A DNA stretch of 64,000 bases from Leptonemataceae bacterium (lineage in GTDB: Bacteria > Spirochaetota > Leptospiria > Leptospirales > Leptonemataceae): NCBI GenBank assembly GCA_965227295.1, contig OZ245742.1, positions 5,600,001-5,664,000 on the forward strand, written 5' to 3'. Shown one piece after another: positions 29,082-38,496 of the stretch. A program made the translations under genes and the position numbers. The stretch's first letter is position 1; every line of letters starts with the position of its first letter. Under the pieces are notes generated by a model, which was not told the DNA's origin, ran no database searches, and saw only the letters and a list, made by a program, of their open reading frames with translations.

Positions 29082-31016
29082 ATGAGCGTTCAAACGGCCA
29101 TCAATTTGAAAAAATCGGACGGTTCGGTCGTAACCATCGAAACCGAAGACGGCGACGTTCGAGCGACTCACTTCGCGAAGAAAATCAAGAAAGACCTGAA
29201 CGGCGCGCCGGTTGTGGCACGGATCAACGGCAAGTTGCGCGATTTGAGCACGCCCCTGTCCGACGGCGACACGGTCGAAATCTTCACATTCCACGACGAC
29301 GCCGGCCGGCATACGTTCTGGCACTCGTCAGCGCACATCCTCGCCCAGGCCGTTAAACGCCTGTACCCGGACGCGAAGCCGACGATCGGCCCGGCCATCG
29401 ACGAGGGTTTCTTCTACGATTTCGCCGACCTGCACGTGTCCGAGGAAGATTTTCCGAAGATCGAAGCCGAGATTCAGAAAATCATCAAAGAACGCATTAC
29501 GCCGGAACGGGTGGAGTTCACCGACGAAAAAGAAGCCCGCAAGGCCTTCGGGGACAATCCGTACAAGTCCGAGATCATCGGCGCGAAAGAGGAAACGCTC
29601 TCGGCCTACCGCCAGGGAGACTTCATCGACCTCTGCACGGGGCCGCACATTCCCAACACGCAAATCGTACAGGGATTTAAGTTACTCAAGACGTCGGGGG
29701 CCTACTGGCGCGGCGACGCGAACAACGATCAGCTCACGCGCATCTACGGCATATCTTTCCCTGACAAGAAGCTACTGAAAGAATATTTGCATCGCGTAGA
29801 AGAGGCGAAGAAACGCGACCACCGCGTGGTGGGCCGCAAGCTGGATCTTTTTTCATTCCAGGAAGTGGCGCCGGGCATGCCGTTCTTTCATCCGAAGGGC
29901 ATGGCGGTGCGCGACGAACTCATTCGCCTGCTGAACGAACAGCACCGGGACGACGGTTACATTGAAATCAAAACGCCGGTGATGCTCGGCCAGGAACTCT
30001 GGGAGACCTCCGGTCACTGGGACTACTACCGTGAGAACATGTACACGTCCGAGGTGGAGGAACGCCAGTTCGCCATCAAACCCATGAACTGCCCGGGCTG
30101 CATGTTGTTCTACAAGAACGCCCAGTACAGCTATCGTCAGTTTCCGCTGCGCGTCGCCGAGATCGGCCACGTGCATCGTCACGAAATGTCCGGCGCGCTG
30201 TCGGGATTGTTCCGCGTGAGATCGTTTCACCAGGATGACGCGCACATCTTCATGGAGCCGTCGCAGATCAAGAGCGAGATCCAGGGCGTGCTGCGTCTGG
30301 CCGAGCGGGTCTATGCCTCGTTCGGACTGGAGTATCACTTAGAACTTTCCACGCGGCCGGAAAAGAGCATCGGCACGGACGAACAGTGGCAGGCGGCGGA
30401 GACGGCTCTCGAAGAGGCGCTGAAAGAAGGCGGCTACGAATTCAAACTGAACCCGGGCGACGGCGCGTTCTACGGACCGAAGATCGACATCCACATTAAG
30501 GATGCCATCGGCCGGACCTGGCAGTGCGGCACGATCCAGCTGGACATGTTCTTACCGGAGCGCTTCGATCTGCTCTACGACGCGAAGGACGGCCAGAAGT
30601 ACCGGCCCATCATGGTTCACCGCGCCATATACGGCAGCATCGAGCGTTTTATGGGCATCATCATCGAGCACTACGCCGGGCGCTTCCCGCTGTGGCTCTC
30701 GCCCGTGCAGATTCAGTTCTTAAGCGTCGCCGATCGCCACGCCGACCGCGTGCACGAATTGCACAAACAATTCCTGAACGCAGGTTTGCGTTCGGCCGTG
30801 GACATCAGCGGCGAGGGCGTACCGAAAAAAGTACGCAACGCGCAGGTCGCCCAGGCGAACTACATCGCGGTCATCGGCGATCAGGAAATCGAAAGCGGCA
30901 AACTCACGATCCGCACGCGCGCCGGGGACGTCCTGGAAGAACGCGACATCGACGACGTCATCGCGACTATGAAACGCGAGTACGACGAACGATCGTCCGA
31001 GGCGTTGCTGAAGTAG
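29082..31016 (+). CDS. thrS: Threonine--tRNA ligase
   Basis: TGS domain, HSSAHILAQA, DLCTGPH, KRDHR, KPMNCPG, GAFYGPKID, WQCGTIQLD. Confidence 0.98.
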   Translation: MSVQTAINLKKSDGSVVTIETEDGDVRATHFAKKIKKDLNGAPVVARINGKLRDLSTPLSDGDTVEIFTFHDDAGRHTFWHSSAHILAQAVKRLYPDAKPTIGPAIDEGFFYDFADLHVSEEDFPKIEAEIQKIIKERITPERVEFTDEKEARKAFGDNPYKSEIIGAKEETLSAYRQGDFIDLCTGPHIPNTQIVQGFKLLKTSGAYWRGDANNDQLTRIYGISFPDKKLLKEYLHRVEEAKKRDHRVVGRKLDLFSFQEVAPGMPFFHPKGMAVRDELIRLLNEQHRDDGYIEIKTPVMLGQELWETSGHWDYYRENMYTSEVEERQFAIKPMNCPGCMLFYKNAQYSYRQFPLRVAEIGHVHRHEMSGALSGLFRVRSFHQDDAHIFMEPSQIKSEIQGVLRLAERVYASFGLEYHLELSTRPEKSIGTDEQWQAAETALEEALKEGGYEFKLNPGDGAFYGPKIDIHIKDAIGRTWQCGTIQLDMFLPERFDLLYDAKDGQKYRPIMVHRAIYGSIERFMGIIIEHYAGRFPLWLSPVQIQFLSVADRHADRVHELHKQFLNAGLRSAVDISGEGVPKKVRNAQVAQANYIAVIGDQEIESGKLTIRTRAGDVLEERDIDDVIATMKREYDERSSEALLK

Positions 31017-31181
31017 GAAGAATTGACTCCGAGGGCCGAGGGGTCTCGGCGTAACGGACCTCCGGGATGCCGGTAGTGGAAGCCGCGCGATGATTTCAAA
31101 AAAGAGTATGCCGCGCGTGCGCCGGACTTGCTGTTGCCCTGAAACAGGGGCGGTGCCCGGGGCACCCCCGACCGGTGTTGT

Positions 31182-32624
31182 ATGCCACGTAACGTTCGCG
31201 GCCTGCGGGCCTATCTTCTCTGCGTGCTCACGGCTTCCGTAAGTTGTTTGCGCCCGGACTGCGCGTCATCCGACGCTTTCTGTCGCCCGGAAGCCTGGCT
31301 TACGTATCTCCTGGTTCCTCTAAGCCTGGCCCTGGATCCCAATCTGTTGCCGATCACTCCATTCCAGCCGACCAACGGCCGGGTGCAATCGTTTCAAAAG
31401 ATCAGCAGCCTGGCGGGCGGATTCACCGGCTCCCTGGACGACGGTGACCGCTTCGGTGCTTCGACGGCGGCCCCCGGCGATTTCGACGGCGACGGCATCC
31501 AGGACGTGGCCGTGGGCAGCTATTTCGACGATGACGGCGGACTCAACCGCGGCGCAGTGTACATCCTCTTCCTGAACGCCGACGGCACCGTGAAAGGCCG
31601 GCAAAAGATCAGCAACACGGCGGGGAACTTTACGGCGCCCCTCCCGGACAACGGTTTGTTCGGCGGTTCCGTCACCTTTCTGAACGACATGGACGGCGAC
31701 GGCGTGGCCGAAGTCGCCGTCGGAGCGCCGGAGGACAACGACGGTGGAGCCGCCCGCGGCGCGGTGTACATCCTGTTCTTGAACGCGAACGGCACGGTGA
31801 AATCATATCAAAAAATCAGCGATACCCAGAGCAACTTCCTCGGCACGCTGCAGGACTTCGATCGCTTCGGTTCCGCGCTGGCTTCGCCCGGTGATCTGGA
31901 CGGCGACGGCGTGCCGGACATCGTCACCAGCGTGCCCTTCGACGACGACGGCGGTTCCGCGCGCGGGGCTCTACAGGTCCTGTTTCTGAACGCGAACGGC
32001 AGCGTGAAGGCGGAACAAAAGATCAGCGATCTCGCCGGCAACTTCACCGGCACGTTGCTGGACAATAATCAGTTCGGCACCGCCGTCGCCGCGCCCGGGG
32101 ACATAGACGGCGACGGCGTCATGGATCTGATCAGCGGCGCGTTTCAGGATGCCGACGGCGGCACCGGCCGCGGCGCCGTGTGGGTCTTGTTCATGAACGC
32201 GAACGGCACCGTGAAATCGCAGCAAAAGATCAGCAGTCTGGCCGGGAACTTCACCGGCGTGCTGGACAACGGCACGCGCTTCGGCATCGAGGTAGCGGGC
32301 AACGGCGACCTGGACGGGGACGGCGTGCCGGACATCGTGGTCGGCGCGGACGGGGACGACGACGGCGGCACGTTTCGCGGCGCGACGTGGACGCTTTTCT
32401 TGAACTCTAACGGCACGGTAAAATCGTATCAAAAGATCAGCTCCACGATCGGTGGATTCGCCGGCCCGCTGGTCGACGGCGATCAGTTCGGAAAGTCCGC
32501 GGCGGTATTGCGAGACTTCAACGGCGACTTCGTACCGGACCTGGTGGTCGGCGCGGACCTTGACGCCGACGGCGGTCCCGGCCGCGGGGCGATCTGGATC
32601 TTATTCCTGGAAGCCGCACTATGA
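31182..32624 (+). CDS. FG-GAP / integrin-alpha-like beta-propeller repeat lipoprotein
   Basis: Six repeats of FG....GDxDGDGxxD...G...D.GG..RGA..ILF; signal ending SVSC. Confidence 0.88.
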   Translation: MPRNVRGLRAYLLCVLTASVSCLRPDCASSDAFCRPEAWLTYLLVPLSLALDPNLLPITPFQPTNGRVQSFQKISSLAGGFTGSLDDGDRFGASTAAPGDFDGDGIQDVAVGSYFDDDGGLNRGAVYILFLNADGTVKGRQKISNTAGNFTAPLPDNGLFGGSVTFLNDMDGDGVAEVAVGAPEDNDGGAARGAVYILFLNANGTVKSYQKISDTQSNFLGTLQDFDRFGSALASPGDLDGDGVPDIVTSVPFDDDGGSARGALQVLFLNANGSVKAEQKISDLAGNFTGTLLDNNQFGTAVAAPGDIDGDGVMDLISGAFQDADGGTGRGAVWVLFMNANGTVKSQQKISSLAGNFTGVLDNGTRFGIEVAGNGDLDGDGVPDIVVGADGDDDGGTFRGATWTLFLNSNGTVKSYQKISSTIGGFAGPLVDGDQFGKSAAVLRDFNGDFVPDLVVGADLDADGGPGRGAIWILFLEAAL

Positions 32625-33451
32625 TTTCGATTTTTCGTAACGATCTATTCAAAGACCGCATTGCCCTTGTGACCGGGGGCGGTTCCGGCATCGGCCTGCG
32701 CATTGCAAAAGAACTCGTGAGCCTCGGCGCGAAGGTCTGGATCACCGGCCGCGATGAAGCGAAACTCGAACGCGCCGCGGAAACGCTGATTGCCGGCGGC
32801 GCGGCGGAAGCCCGGGTCCGCTTGTGCACCATGAACATCCGCGACCACGACAGCGTGGACAACGGCATCGACACGATCGTCCGGGAAGATCAAAAAATAG
32901 ATCTATTGATTAACAACGCCGGCGGTCAGTTCCCCGCGCCGGCCGAGAAGATTTCGCCGAAGGGCTGGAAGGCCGTCATCGAAACGAATCTCACCGGTAC
33001 GTTTCACGTTGCGCAGTCCGTCTTCGCGGTATCGATGAAGGAAAACGGCGGCGCGATTGTGAACGTGATCATGGAGATGTGGCAGGGTTTTCCGTTGATG
33101 GCCCACAGCGGCGCCGCCCGGGCCGGCGTGGACAATCTTACAAAAAGCCTCGCCGCGGAATGGGGGCCGTTCGGTGTGCGCGTGAACGCCGTGGCCCCTG
33201 GAGTGATTGAATCGAGCGGCCTCGATACCTATGACCCCGAGTTTCGCCAGAAAGTCTTTGCCATGCGCATGTTCAACACCACTTCGCGGCTCGGCACGGA
33301 GGCCGAGGTGGCCGCGGGTACGATCTTTCTGCTCAGCGACGGCGCTTCGTTCATTACCGGCGAAACGTTGCGCATTGACGGAGGGGGTTCGTTGTATCGT
33401 CCGTTTCACCCGCCCGTGGAACACGACAAACTTCCGCCGTTTGACAGTTAA
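32621..33451 (+). CDS. SDR oxidoreductase (trans-2-enoyl-/2,4-dienoyl-CoA reductase-like)
   Basis: TGGGSGIG, NNAGGQF, HSGAARAGV, VNAVAPG. Confidence 0.9.
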   Translation: MISIFRNDLFKDRIALVTGGGSGIGLRIAKELVSLGAKVWITGRDEAKLERAAETLIAGGAAEARVRLCTMNIRDHDSVDNGIDTIVREDQKIDLLINNAGGQFPAPAEKISPKGWKAVIETNLTGTFHVAQSVFAVSMKENGGAIVNVIMEMWQGFPLMAHSGAARAGVDNLTKSLAAEWGPFGVRVNAVAPGVIESSGLDTYDPEFRQKVFAMRMFNTTSRLGTEAEVAAGTIFLLSDGASFITGETLRIDGGGSLYRPFHPPVEHDKLPPFDS

Positions 33452-33469
33452 GCGTGTTATGCTTGCTTC

Positions 33470-33577
33470 GCGTGAGGGATCGGAAGGGTCGCGAAGCGAG
33501 TCTTTGCGCAGCAAAGACCGAAGCCGAAGGCGAAGCCCTGGAGAGCCCGCCCCCGCGCGTAGCGCGGGGGCACGCCC
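33470..33577. repeat. REP-like multi-hairpin intergenic element
   Basis: Hairpins GTCTTTGC/GCAAAGAC and CCCCCGCGC-GTA-GCGCGGGGG; core shared with 1100-1112. Confidence 0.55.
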
Positions 33578-33633
33578 AAAAAAAGACTTCGCAATCACCA
33601 CAGTTCTCCGCATTTGACTCCTGAGTCGTTTTC

Positions 33634-34443
33634 ATGCTTTCCGTTAACATCAACAAGGTCGCCACGCTTCGAAACACCCGCCCGCTCGATTTCCCGAACG
33701 TAGTGCGCAGTGCCGTGGCGTCGCTCGACGCCGGCGCTTACGGTGTCACGGTTCATCCGCGCCCCGATGAACGCCACATCCGCCCCGGCGACGTGCGGGA
33801 CCTGGCGCGATTGTTTCAAGACGCGAAATACAAACACGCCGAGTTCAACATCGAAGGCAATCCCCTGGACGATTCCGGGATGTTCCTGGCACTCGTACAC
33901 GAGGTGTCACCGCATCAATGCACGCTGGTTCCCGATTTGCCGGACCAGGCGACGTCGGACCACGGCTGGAATCTAACTTCTGACGGCGATAAGTTAAAGC
34001 CGATCATCGCGCGCCTGAACGAGCGCGGAATACGCGTGAGCCTCTTTATGGACGCGGACAATATCGACGGCCTGCGCCTCGTCCCGGAAACCGGCGCCGC
34101 GCGCATCGAACTCTACACCGAACCTTACGCGGCAGCCTTTGCCGAAGCCTTCGCCACGCAAGACGGCCTGACCGCCGCGGTAATCGACGCAGGCAAACGC
34201 GCGGAGTTCGAACGCGTGCTGCGAAGCTTCTCCAAAGCGGCGCGCCTCGCCGGCGAACTCGGCCTGGGCATCAACGCCGGCCACGATCTGAATCTGGAGA
34301 ACCTGGGGCCGTTCTTAGAGAACGTACCGAACGTGCTCGAAGTCAGCATCGGCCACGCGCTCATTGCCGAGGCGGTGTTCCGGGGATTGAAGGCGACCGT
34401 GCATGCTTATCTTGACGTGATCGCGAACGTGAAGAAAGAATGA
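33634..34443 (+). CDS. pdxJ: Pyridoxine 5'-phosphate synthase
   Basis: LSVNINKVATLRN, TVHPRPDERHIR, NIEGNP, NAGHDL, EVSIGHALI. Confidence 0.96.
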   Translation: MLSVNINKVATLRNTRPLDFPNVVRSAVASLDAGAYGVTVHPRPDERHIRPGDVRDLARLFQDAKYKHAEFNIEGNPLDDSGMFLALVHEVSPHQCTLVPDLPDQATSDHGWNLTSDGDKLKPIIARLNERGIRVSLFMDADNIDGLRLVPETGAARIELYTEPYAAAFAEAFATQDGLTAAVIDAGKRAEFERVLRSFSKAARLAGELGLGINAGHDLNLENLGPFLENVPNVLEVSIGHALIAEAVFRGLKATVHAYLDVIANVKKE

Positions 34444-34444
34444 A

Positions 34445-34579
34445 ACTCCGAGGATCGAGGGACCGAGGTTTTTGGAAGAAGGCGAATCATTGAAAAGATT
34501 AAGAAGCCTTTCATAACCTGCACGCGCGCAAACTATACTCGCCTCCACCTTCTTCCCTCGGAACCTCGCTCCTCGGAGT
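34445..34579. repeat. Second element with ACTCCGAGG-type terminal inverted repeats
   Basis: 34445-34468 versus 34556-34579: 21 of 24 positions complementary. Confidence 0.75.
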
Positions 34580-34601
34580 AGACACAACAGGACACCCTCG
34601 C

Positions 34602-35072
34602 ATGCCCAAACCCGTTACCCCTCTCGCCGCCGCCGACGCGATCATTGAGATCGGCGATAAAATCGTGCTCATTGAACGCGGAAACGAACCGCCGGGGTTC
34701 GCGATTCCGGGCGGCTTCATGGACCTCGGCGAAAGCGCCGAGCAGGCCGCGGCGCGCGAAGCGAAAGAGGAGACCGGGCTGGATGTGGAGCTCGTGGATT
34801 TACTCTATGTGTACTCGGATCCGCGCCGGGACCCGCGCAGCCCCGTGATCACCTGCACGTTCATTACACGCGCCGAGGGCGAACCCCGCGGCATGGACGA
34901 CGCAAAGCGCGCCATGCTCGTGGACGCCTTCGATCTTCCCGCGGACATCGCGAACAACCTCGCCTTCGATCACGCCTGGATCCTCGACGACTACCGGCAC
35001 TTCAAACGTACCGGCGAACGTCCCTCGCCGCGATTGATCCTGGACCGCCTGCAACGCCCGCTGAATTCTTAA
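34602..35072 (+). CDS. NUDIX hydrolase
   Basis: Nudix box GGFMDLGESAEQAAAREAKEETG; YSDPRRDPR; LAFDH. Confidence 0.93.
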   Translation: MPKPVTPLAAADAIIEIGDKIVLIERGNEPPGFAIPGGFMDLGESAEQAAAREAKEETGLDVELVDLLYVYSDPRRDPRSPVITCTFITRAEGEPRGMDDAKRAMLVDAFDLPADIANNLAFDHAWILDDYRHFKRTGERPSPRLILDRLQRPLNS

Positions 35073-35115
35073 AGATCGCGCGGCTTTTTTACATTTCGTT
35101 ATTCGATGTTTCGAC

Positions 35116-36183
35116 TCAACCGATGTTCCGAAAAAAGAAACCGAACGTCGCCGCCAGTCGGAACGCCTCGGGAATCATGCCGAGCTTCAGCCCGGAGTCG
35201 CCGTGGGAAATCAAATGCGTGAGGCACAACCGGTTCGCGACGCCGAGTTGATTCAGGCGTTCGTGCAACAGCTCCGACTCCGACGGGGGAATGACGTCGT
35301 CCTCACGGCCATGGACCAGGGCCACCGGAGCCATGCCGGCGACGAGTTTCTCCGCGCACTCCATCTCGGCGATCCATTCCTCCAGGGCCGGGTGCACCGA
35401 AATCTTGTTCTCCCAGAGCTCCACACGATAGTCGGCGTCGTTCCGCAAACGATCAAACAGCGCGCGGTCCTTCGGCTTGAGCGCATGGTAGGCGGCGGGC
35501 AATTCCTGTTCCTCCGGCGCCCGGCGCAGGCCGTTATCAAGAATTGCGACTTTTAGAGCATCTTTGACGGCTTTGTTTTTCCCCGCGCCGTACTCGGCGA
35601 AGTTCCACAGTGCAATCAACTTGCCGTACTCGTCCAGCTCCGTGGAACGAAAGAAGTGATCGAAGATGGTGCGCACGTTCGCGTAGGCGCCGATGGTAAC
35701 CACCGAAGAGATTTGTTCGCGGATGCCGTCCAGGGCGGCCGCACGGAGACAGACCGACCCCGAGAACGACGGCCCGAGCAACGCGATCCTCCCGTCCGGA
35801 CAGAGCTCGCGGTCCCGCAGGGCGGCGTGCACGACGTCCCCGCAATCCTGCCAGGTTCCGGGGTGAATCTCCTGATTCGAAATCGCCGGGAAGTGCGGGG
35901 CGAGACACGTAAAACCCACTTCCGCCAGGGCCCGGGCCAGGTTGATGATGCGCTGGTCCCGATTGCCGCGGATGGTCATGCCGTGGACGATGAGAATCGT
36001 ACCCAGGCGCGGCGACGGCGAACCGGCCCGGCGATAGAGATCGGCTTCGTACACGGTGTCGCGCGACCGGCCCTGGCCGTAGACCCGCGGTACGGTGAAG
36101 CGGATGGGACTGACGGTGGAATTCGGAAAACGCTCGAAGTTGAGCTTCAGCATGAAGGACAGCGCGGTTCCGAATCTTTGCAT
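35116..36183 (-). CDS. Alpha/beta hydrolase family protein (start uncertain)
   Basis: VHGMT, GPSFSG nucleophile elbow, LVHGREDDVIP, ISH. Confidence 0.8.
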   Translation of the reverse strand: MQRFGTALSFMLKLNFERFPNSTVSPIRFTVPRVYGQGRSRDTVYEADLYRRAGSPSPRLGTILIVHGMTIRGNRDQRIINLARALAEVGFTCLAPHFPAISNQEIHPGTWQDCGDVVHAALRDRELCPDGRIALLGPSFSGSVCLRAAALDGIREQISSVVTIGAYANVRTIFDHFFRSTELDEYGKLIALWNFAEYGAGKNKAVKDALKVAILDNGLRRAPEEQELPAAYHALKPKDRALFDRLRNDADYRVELWENKISVHPALEEWIAEMECAEKLVAGMAPVALVHGREDDVIPPSESELLHERLNQLGVANRLCLTHLISHGDSGLKLGMIPEAFRLAATFGFFFRNIG

Positions 36184-36301
36184 CGTGTGATGGTTTTCCG
36201 GTCCTGCGGACGAGGCGGCAACCAATTTACGCTCTTGACATCGTCGCCGCGCCGCACGCTCATCTTACTACGGCGTCTTCCCGTGCCGCCGCACGCAGCG
36301 C

Positions 36302-37339
36302 ATGAACAAACTCGAACGCATCGCCACGCTCTATCTTACGTTTCTCAGCAACCCCGGCGGCCTTTCGTTTGCAAAAATCCGTGAACACCTGCCCGGCGCC
36401 TACGGCAGCGGCAACGACGATGACCGCGAGGCCGCCCGGCGCAAGTTCGAACGGGACAAAGACGAACTCCGCGGCCTCGGCCTGGAACTGCGTTACTACG
36501 CCGTGAACGATACGTTGCCCGACGGCAGCCGTTCCAGGGAAGCCGTCTACGTGGCCGCGGAAGAGATGCAACAGCTTCCGGAGCTGAACCTCACCGAAGA
36601 CGAAGTACGCATGCTGGCCTCTCTGTTGCTCGGCGCAATTTCCGATCCCGACGCACAGCGGTCGCGCCGGCGCGAGCTGCTGCGTTCGGCCGCGTTCAAG
36701 TTATTGTATGGTTATCCGGCCCTGGCCCAGTCCGTTGCCGAAGCTCCGCCTGCAAACGACGCCGACATTTCCGAAGATGCCCAGGACAACACGGACCGCC
36801 TGGCACGAATCCACGAGGCCCTCTCCCGGCGACGGTTGCTTACGATCGAATACACCGATAAGACCGGCCGCACGGAGAGCCGGAACGTCGCGGGCCGCGG
36901 CCTCATCTCGCATCGCGGTCGCTGGTCTCTCGTTGCGTACTGCCGGCGCGCCCGGGACATTCGCATGTTCTACGTCGATCGCATCGCGTCGCTGAACATG
37001 AGCGATGAAGGCTACGCCCCCGATCCTTCGTTCGACATTCAACGATACTCGCTGCATCCCCTCGCGATCTACGTCGAACCCGCGCGCCCGGTCCGCCTGG
37101 AGATCGCGGAAGATCGCGAAGAGGCGTTCCTGGATTTCTTGAACGGCGTGCCGGAGTCGCTGCACGTCCGCCGGGAAGACGAGCGGATGTACTTCCAGAC
37201 CACGAATCCCACGGCGCTCTTCTCCTGGATGCTGCGCCATCCCGGCGTCGTTACGAAACTCGGTCCGCCGGAACTACGAGAACGCCTGGCCGCGCACCGG
37301 GAAACGATCCGGCGGCGCTACGCCGCTCTGCAAACATAA
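36302..37339 (+). CDS. WYL-domain transcriptional regulator, PafB-like
   Basis: RRKFERDKDELRGLG N-terminal signature; WSLVAYCRRARDIRMFYVDRI WYL domain. Confidence 0.88.
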   Translation: MNKLERIATLYLTFLSNPGGLSFAKIREHLPGAYGSGNDDDREAARRKFERDKDELRGLGLELRYYAVNDTLPDGSRSREAVYVAAEEMQQLPELNLTEDEVRMLASLLLGAISDPDAQRSRRRELLRSAAFKLLYGYPALAQSVAEAPPANDADISEDAQDNTDRLARIHEALSRRRLLTIEYTDKTGRTESRNVAGRGLISHRGRWSLVAYCRRARDIRMFYVDRIASLNMSDEGYAPDPSFDIQRYSLHPLAIYVEPARPVRLEIAEDREEAFLDFLNGVPESLHVRREDERMYFQTTNPTALFSWMLRHPGVVTKLGPPELRERLAAHRETIRRRYAALQT

Positions 37340-37353
37340 TCTCACTGTAATTT

Positions 37354-38352
37354 ATGCCTGAGAACAAAGACGTCAGCAAAGCCGGCCGGGACCTGCGCAA
37401 GATCTTTTCGCTGGTACCGCTCATCCATCGCAACCAGGGTATCTCCCTGGAACGCCTGCGTGAGCTGTCGGGCTACGCCGATCGCAAGAGTCTGCGCGCG
37501 GCCCTTGAACGTTTGATGATGTTCGGGGTCCCGCCGTTTTCGCCGTCGGACTTTATTACCGTCTACATCAACGAAGAAGACTGCGTGTTCCTGGATTTTC
37601 CCCTGGGACTGGAACGTCCCCTGGCGTTGACACCGGGAGAGTGGTCCGCCGTCCAGGAGGTGCTCACCGAAGAACTGCAATTCCGCCGTGCCGGCGATCC
37701 CGCCGACGACCGGCTGCGCGAGTTGCTCGCCCGGGTCGCCGTGATTCCGGTGGAGATGGACCCGGCGGATATCTTTCGCAGCAAGCGCGCGTTAGTCGAA
37801 GAGGCCATGGCCGACTCGCTGCAACTGGAGTTTCGCTATCGTACCTTAAGCTCGCGCGAACCGGAGATCCGTCGCCTGGATCCCTGGGCCCTGTTTCAGC
37901 ACAACGGGGCCAACTATCTCATCGGCTACTGCCATACCCGAACGGCGCCGCGTTTCTTTCACCTGGAACGCATGGATCAGATCGAACTCCTGGACGCCCC
38001 GCAATCGCAGCCGCCGCCGGATAATCTACGTGAACTCATGCAGCGTTCGCCCATCTTTCAGAGCGAGCCGGTCGGTTTCTCGGTGGAGCTGGCCTTCGCC
38101 CCGGGCATGCGCGCCGCCCTGGAGCGGGAGTTTAAAATTTTTAACATAATGCCGCTAAATGTTAGCGAAAGCGCGGATTCCGACGAGGAGTTCGCCGGCT
38201 GGCTGCGCGCGACGTGCAAGGTTCCGGAGAGCCTGTGGTTCCGCGCAAGCCTGCGCGGCCTGGGCGCGAACGTGGTGATCCTGTCACCGGAACATCTGCG
38301 GGATTCGTTTTTACAAGAGCTGGATGAGTTTGAGATGCCGGGGGAGTTGTGA
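37354..38352 (+). CDS. WYL-domain transcriptional regulator, PafC-like
   Basis: LMMFGVPPFSPSDFI, RPLALTPGE, RRLDPW, YLIGYCH..PRFFHLERM, VILSPEHLR. Confidence 0.88.
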   Translation: MPENKDVSKAGRDLRKIFSLVPLIHRNQGISLERLRELSGYADRKSLRAALERLMMFGVPPFSPSDFITVYINEEDCVFLDFPLGLERPLALTPGEWSAVQEVLTEELQFRRAGDPADDRLRELLARVAVIPVEMDPADIFRSKRALVEEAMADSLQLEFRYRTLSSREPEIRRLDPWALFQHNGANYLIGYCHTRTAPRFFHLERMDQIELLDAPQSQPPPDNLRELMQRSPIFQSEPVGFSVELAFAPGMRAALEREFKIFNIMPLNVSESADSDEEFAGWLRATCKVPESLWFRASLRGLGANVVILSPEHLRDSFLQELDEFEMPGEL

Positions 38353-38496
38353 GCCCGCTCACATAGTCCAGGCCGGCGCCGATCGGCGGCAGGAAAAGAG
38401 TTGCCCGGCCATAAGGTTCTCGTAGAATCCCCTTAACAGGCTGCCTGCCCTCCGCCGGGATTACCTTTATTTCTTTATGAAATAGAGCCACAGTAT

